DNA of 64,000 bases, taken from Salpingoeca rosetta. Taxonomy: Eukaryota > Protista > Choanoflagellata. The DNA lies in assembly GCA_033442325.1 (NCBI GenBank), contig JAWQFM010000021.1, positions 531,413 through 595,412 of the forward strand, written 5' to 3'. The position numbers and the translations under genes are program-made. The notes beneath the pieces are model-generated. The model worked only from the letters and a program-made list of their open reading frames with translations. It was not told the DNA's origin and ran no database searches. How positions within the stretch are numbered: the first letter of the stretch is position 1; every line of letters starts with the position of its first letter. Positions 49,404 to 64,000 of this stretch are shown piece by piece.

Positions 49404-51249
49404 GACATACACACCTGCTGTGCGACGACGCGCGCCTTTTCGAGGAGGTAGTTCTCAATGTGGCCGCCAATCTGCGGGGCAGTCGTGAGCAGTTGTGAGC
49501 ATCAGGGGCGATGATGGCAATCGGAGACGCGAGAGTGCGCAATGCACGACATACGCACACAGAGGCAGGCAGACACACAGACACACAGACACGCGCGCAC
49601 ACACGCACATAGACATAGACACACAGACACGCAGACACAGACAAACACACAATCACACACGAACGTGCGTACCGGGTCGCCCTTGAAGTCAAAGTTGATG
49701 TCCATGTACTTTCCGAAGCGAGACGAGTTGTCGTTGCGATTCGTGCGCGCGTTGCCAAACGCCTCCAGCACCGCATTCGATTGCAGCAGCTGCGGGTGGT
49801 GGTGGTGGTGGTGGTGGTGGTGGTGGGACAATGTGAGAAGACAAGAAGCGAGGTGAACAGAGGTAGGACGAGGAGATCACGTGGTCTTACGCCAATATGA
49901 GAGACAGACAGACAGACAGACAGAGAGAGGGGAGAGAGAGCCAAAATCAAGCAGCACAGCGCACGGACGTGAGCACCATCCCCCTCCCCACTGCCATCAC
50001 AGGGTGTGGCCTCACCAAGTCCTTGACACGCTCGACTTCGCTCTGCTTTGAGGGGTTTGTGACGGCGGCGATGTAGCGCATGATGATCTTGCTCGCCTCC
50101 GTCTTGCCAGCACCGCTCTCGCCTTCGGGCGCGGGCGCGCACGACGAAGGACAAGAACAAGGACACGAAGAAGCAGAAACAGAAGCAGAAGAAGGGGGAG
50201 GGGAGTATCGACGCAACATGGTCAGTGTCGCGTGTGCGCGTGTTCACACCCGATGTTTCGTGTGCACGTCGCTTCAACTCACCAATCCACACACAAATGG
50301 CCAAACATTAACCAACCCATCAAGCAAACAAACAAGACAACCGGGTCAGCAAGGTCAGCAGCAAGTCGAGCAACAACGAGCGGTGCCTCACCGGAGATGA
50401 CGATGCAGGTATCTTGGCGCCGGCGCTTCATGGTACGGTAGGCGGCGTCGGCCAGCGCAAACACATGCGGCTCACGCTCGTACATCTGCAGCAAGGCACA
50501 CAGAGAGGTCAGGGTGAGTTGGGCTGTTGGTTGCACACATGCGCACGCGTGTGGCATGTGTTGAAGTGCTATTGTGTCAGCTTTTGTGCGCCATCACGCA
50601 CTCACCTCGCGACTGCGGTACTCCTTGATGACATTGTCGCCGTAGATGTTCAACGACCTGAACAAGAAAACGAGGATGCGCACAAGTGCGTGAATGAGAG
50701 ACAGTGTGTGTGTGACAGCGAAAGAGGTGTGAATGCATGTGTGTGTGTGTGTTGTGTACGTGCTTTTGTGTGCATGTGTGTGTGTGTGTGCGTGTGCGTT
50801 TGCAGTGGTCTGTGCATAACATAGCTCAATGGCTCGCACTGCGTGTGACCGTGTTGTTCGGACCGGACGAGCACGCGTTGCATGCAGAGAGGAAGCACGT
50901 ACTTGTATGGGTTGACAGAGACGACGACTTCGCCAATGTACGTGTAGATCTTTGACTTTTTGAACCGCTTCTCCAAGTTCTCAATGAAGGCGTCCTGACA
51001 CATACACACAAGAATGGCGATGGCCGTGGTGGGGCAGTGCATGCAATGTCAGTAACGGCACTGGTTGTTTCATGACAAGTGACGCAATGTAACGAACACC
51101 AAACGCACGCACACGCACGAAAAAACACACCAAACGCACGCACTAACCATACAAGACCACAAGCCACAGCCTTTCCACACCTCATTGATGGGCTCCAAGA
51201 GGATGGCATCCCCCACACTGCCATCCTGGCCGTGCTTGTACAACGCCAT
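42158..51249 (-). CDS. Short-tailed class I myosin (Myo1D/G-like)
   Basis: [81 protein letters not shown] motifs and a TH1 tail with no SH3. The last exon 42222-42158 gives PQFIKTA|DGYSVTIPK...*. Confidence 0.95.
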
Positions 51250-51358
51250 CGTCGCTGCTGCCAATGCTGCACGCAGGAAGGAAGGTACAAGTTGGTTGGT
51301 TGTTGGCCAGCCTCCCTCCCAGCAAATATTTGTGCTGTCGGTGACGTATTTTCCGTTG

Positions 51359-51537
<179 letters not shown>

Positions 51538-51765
51538 CAACGGCGTTGTGGCTGCAAGGCCGCGGCGTTTACTGACAGCAGCAATTTTCCCTTCCACAAG
51601 CTCACACACAACAATCACACGACCCACACCTCAAATGCACACGAAATAAAGGCATCAGCTCCTAATAAAGAACAGAGAACAGGTGCACAAGGTCAAAGAA
51701 AGCAATTGACAGAATCGATCGCGTCACACACAACGACAAATACACACACACATACAGACAAGCCA

Positions 51766-51864
<99 letters not shown>

Positions 51865-51943
51865 GATGATGTTAACTACCCCTCCCGCCTTTCCCCGTTA
51901 CGCTTCGTCTCGATCCGCGCCTTCCACTCCCTCCTTTGCACTG

Positions 51944-56544
<4,601 letters not shown>

Positions 56545-56731
56545 GGTGGCTGCGTTGTTGTTCTTTGTCGTGTCGAATTGGTGGATATGGACGATCGTTT
56601 ACGTTTCGCACACAAAACTGCAACAAAGTGCGCAGTTTGAACAGTGGCAAGATGGGGCGAGTGTGCGGCTGACCTTGCCTTCTCTCACACCACAATAACA
56701 CTTGTCATGACATCATCCACAGGCCACAGCA

Positions 56732-57463
56732 TCACGCCTGGAAGAGCATGAGGGAGGCGGCCATGACGGTCATGCCAAGGAAGGTGCAGAGGGTAACGTA
56801 GTTGTCGCGCGGGTCGTAGCTCCGCGCAGTCGGCAGCAGCTCCCGTAATGAGATGTACACCTTCATCGAGCGAGGTGGAGGAAGGAAGGGACACGGCGAT
56901 GGCGGACGATACGACGATGGTGACACGGAATGAGGTGCAGTGGAGGCACGCGCACATAGGACGAAGCAGAGGGAGCCACGGAGAGGGGCAGAGAGACAGA
57001 AACAAGGAACGAACCACTCAGAAAGCGAACCACTCAGAACCCAGCCAAGTTCCCCCTTCCCTCCCAAGCAAGCATGTGGACGCACCATCATGCCGGAGAC
57101 GAGGGAGAAGAGGAAGGCGTAGATGAGGCTGTCAAAGTCAGAGCCGCTGGCAGCAAAGATACCCCATCCAACAGCACCCGCAACGGGCTCAGCCATACCA
57201 GACAGGGTTCCAAACAAGAACGCGCGCCACCTGATCACGCACAAACAAACGCAAGAACGCAAAGTACGTGAGGGTATTCTCACATACAGCCCACACACAC
57301 AGACACACACACAGACACACACACACACACACATAGACACACACACACAGACACACACACACACATAGACACACACACAGACACACACACAGACACACAC
57401 ACAGACACACAGACACACACAGACACACACAGACACACACAGACACACACACAGACACACACA

Positions 57464-57509
<46 letters not shown>

Positions 57510-58464
57510 CGGAGAAGCACGTCAGCGCACTTGTTCTTGGTTGCGAAGAAGATGGGGACGGCCACGCAGATGCCTTCGGGAATGTTGTGGATGGCGATGG
57601 CAATTGCAATCGGCGCACCCACCGCTGGGTCCTGCGCGTGTGCGGATGAACGAACACGACGGGATTGAAGGCATAACAGTCTGGCAAAGCACCAAACGTT
57701 GCACACACACACGCATACACACACGCACACACACACACACACATACACGCACCTTTGCTGTGGCAACAAAGGTTGCCAAGCCCTCGGGGAAATTGTGCAG
57801 AGCGATGGCGGTGCCTGTAATCAACGCCATCACCAACAGCTCCTTCCCAGTCTTGCCCGTGTTGGCGTGGCCGTGCCCACCATCGCCAGCAGCGCTTTCA
57901 TCATCGCCGCCACCGGCACCATCAGCACTGCCATGCACGCTGTCAGGCCCGTCGCTTCCATCACCGCTTTGCAAGAGCACGCTACCTGCCCGCTGTTCCT
58001 CACCCCGCAGCACACCGCTGTCACGGCCACGAGACCCGCTGCCGGCGTCATCCAGCGCCCCGTAGTCGTCGCTGGCGTCGCCATCATCGGTCGATGACCG
58101 CAGCGGCCGCCGCGGGCTGTCGCTGTAGGTGATGATGGCGTGGTTGTCATCGCCGTGTTGATGGCGGTGTGGGGTGAGGTGTGACTGAGGTGCAAGTAGG
58201 CATGCTGATGTTGCTGGCACAAAGGTCACCTCTTCAGCACACGCACGCACGCATACACATGCACGTACTCTGGCTGTGCAAGGGCGCGGGTGTGGTGTGC
58301 CTGCGCCTGCATGTTGAGGAGATCCTGGCGGGCGTCCCCCATTCGCCGCTCCAGCACATCCAAGCGGCGGGCATGCATGCCGCCCTGTGCAGCAGCAGTC
58401 ATTCGTCAATATGCATGTGAGAAGCACACACACACACACACTCACACACACACACACACACACG

Positions 58465-58555
<91 letters not shown>

Positions 58556-59782
58556 GCACGCACGCACGCATGCGAAGTAAAGACCACTGGAAGGTCCTCA
58601 AACGCACATGCACATGCACACACACACATGCACACACCTCTGGGGCGAGCGAGCTCTCATCTGTGTATTGCCGCTCAATAAGTCCCTGAAACAAGTAAGG
58701 AACACGCATGCGCGACGGAGACGTGTGAAGTAAGATACCGCCATTGCAAACTCACATTAGGCATCACATCGCATCATGTGACATCACAACCACATCATGA
58801 TGACACGCACACCAATCACGTGACCCAGGCACCCCCACGCATGTGCTGCTGACCTGCTTGAGCTCGTAGACTTCCTGTTGCCTGCCCCTCTGCTGCTGTT
58901 GCTGCTTCTCTTGCTGGCGCCTCTGCCGCGCTTCCTCGCCATAGTTGGCGTACAGGTAGTGGATGAGGCGATCCAGGAACCATGTGATGACAATCTGTGC
59001 ACAACAGCAGGCGACACACACATATGGTGCGTGCAGGGTGACGTGGAGAACACGTGCAGCATACCGAGCGCACAAGAAGCCCTGCAGAGGCAAACAGATA
59101 TAATGCTGCTCCATACATCCCAACGCACACGCGCACACGCGCACACATGCACGCACACACAAGCACACACACACAAGCACGCACCCCGCCGAAGAAAGTG
59201 GCCGTTGTGGCAAAGTACGCCTCGGAAGGCGGCGTGTAATCGTCCACTGTGATGGCGCTGCGATTCACGCCACGCTCCTGGTCAAAGTACAGCTCAAACT
59301 CAGTCAATCCTGTGGTCATGGTCAGGCGGAAAGGGTGGACGTTAGAACGGTCAGAAGTGGCAGGTGTGGCGGGATAATAGGATGCGAGGTGAAGCAAAGA
59401 AGCGAGCGCCCCTTTCGGTGCAGTGTAGCAACGAACGAAACAACGAAACAACGAAAAACAGAACACTGCATCCCCTATAACCTCTCCGAGACACACACAC
59501 AGCCACACACACACACACACATACACACACATACACGCATACACATACATACATACAAAAGAGTACACGGGGTCAGCCCACATTCACACCTTTACCTTTG
59601 AAGAAGATTTCTATGAAGGAGACGTAAAGCATGACGCCTGCAGCCAAAGCAAGACAGACGCCCAGGATGTGCGGCTTGTAGAACGAAGGGATGAACACAA
59701 CCATGGCTCCCAGCAACGTGGCCATGCCAGACCCTGTGGTCACGGCAAAGGCCACAGCCAAGTCATGCGTCTCGCTCCCCAT
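56732..59782 (-). CDS. ZIP-family zinc/divalent metal transporter (ZupT/GufA-like)
   Basis: [66 protein letters not shown]. Confidence 0.92.
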
Positions 59783-59964
59783 CCCCGCAGCGGCTGTGAA
59801 GGGTGTTGTTGTTGTGTGCTGACAGGATGAATGAGCAAGGACTTGAGCAAGGACTGTTGTCATCATCAAATGTTTTGCAAATTGCACCCCTTCCAGCAAA
59901 TGCATTTTATGGTGTCTTATTCAGCGCAGTGTTTTGCAAAACAGCCGCAGGCAAAAGAGCGGCG

Positions 59965-64000
<4,036 letters not shown>

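Overview
Eukaryotic, gene-dense, intron-rich draft scaffold with four N gaps. Introns are packed with (GT)n/(CA)n, (AAC)n and (GA)n microsatellites. This style and the gene content suggest a choanoflagellate such as Salpingoeca rosetta (inference). Most ORF-track entries are microsatellite artefacts, so genes were spliced by hand at GT..AG sites. About 17 genes: an SDR, a secreted L-domain protein, a receptor kinase-guanylate cyclase, MED25-like, a PQQ-repeat propeller, eIF4A, a class V PLP enzyme, TK1 (3' part), AP5S1, an SLC25A33/36 carrier, REV7, an amnionless-like membrane protein, a Pil1/Lsp1-like BAR protein, myosin I, a TPK-like K+ channel, a ZIP transporter and a PAS protein. Leading hypothesis: a pre-animal cubam-like receptor, made of an amnionless-like anchor with an FxNPxY tail (36182-39283) and an anchorless secreted protein with three tandem cubilin-N-terminal-like repeats (1143-3119) that could replace the cubilin trimer in one chain. 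Also notable: an eisosome Pil1-like protein outside fungi, a receptor GC with an intact-looking kinase, and a young microsatellite-embedded insertion with a 95-bp duplication. All homology calls are by-eye motif comparisons with remembered sequences; no searches were run.
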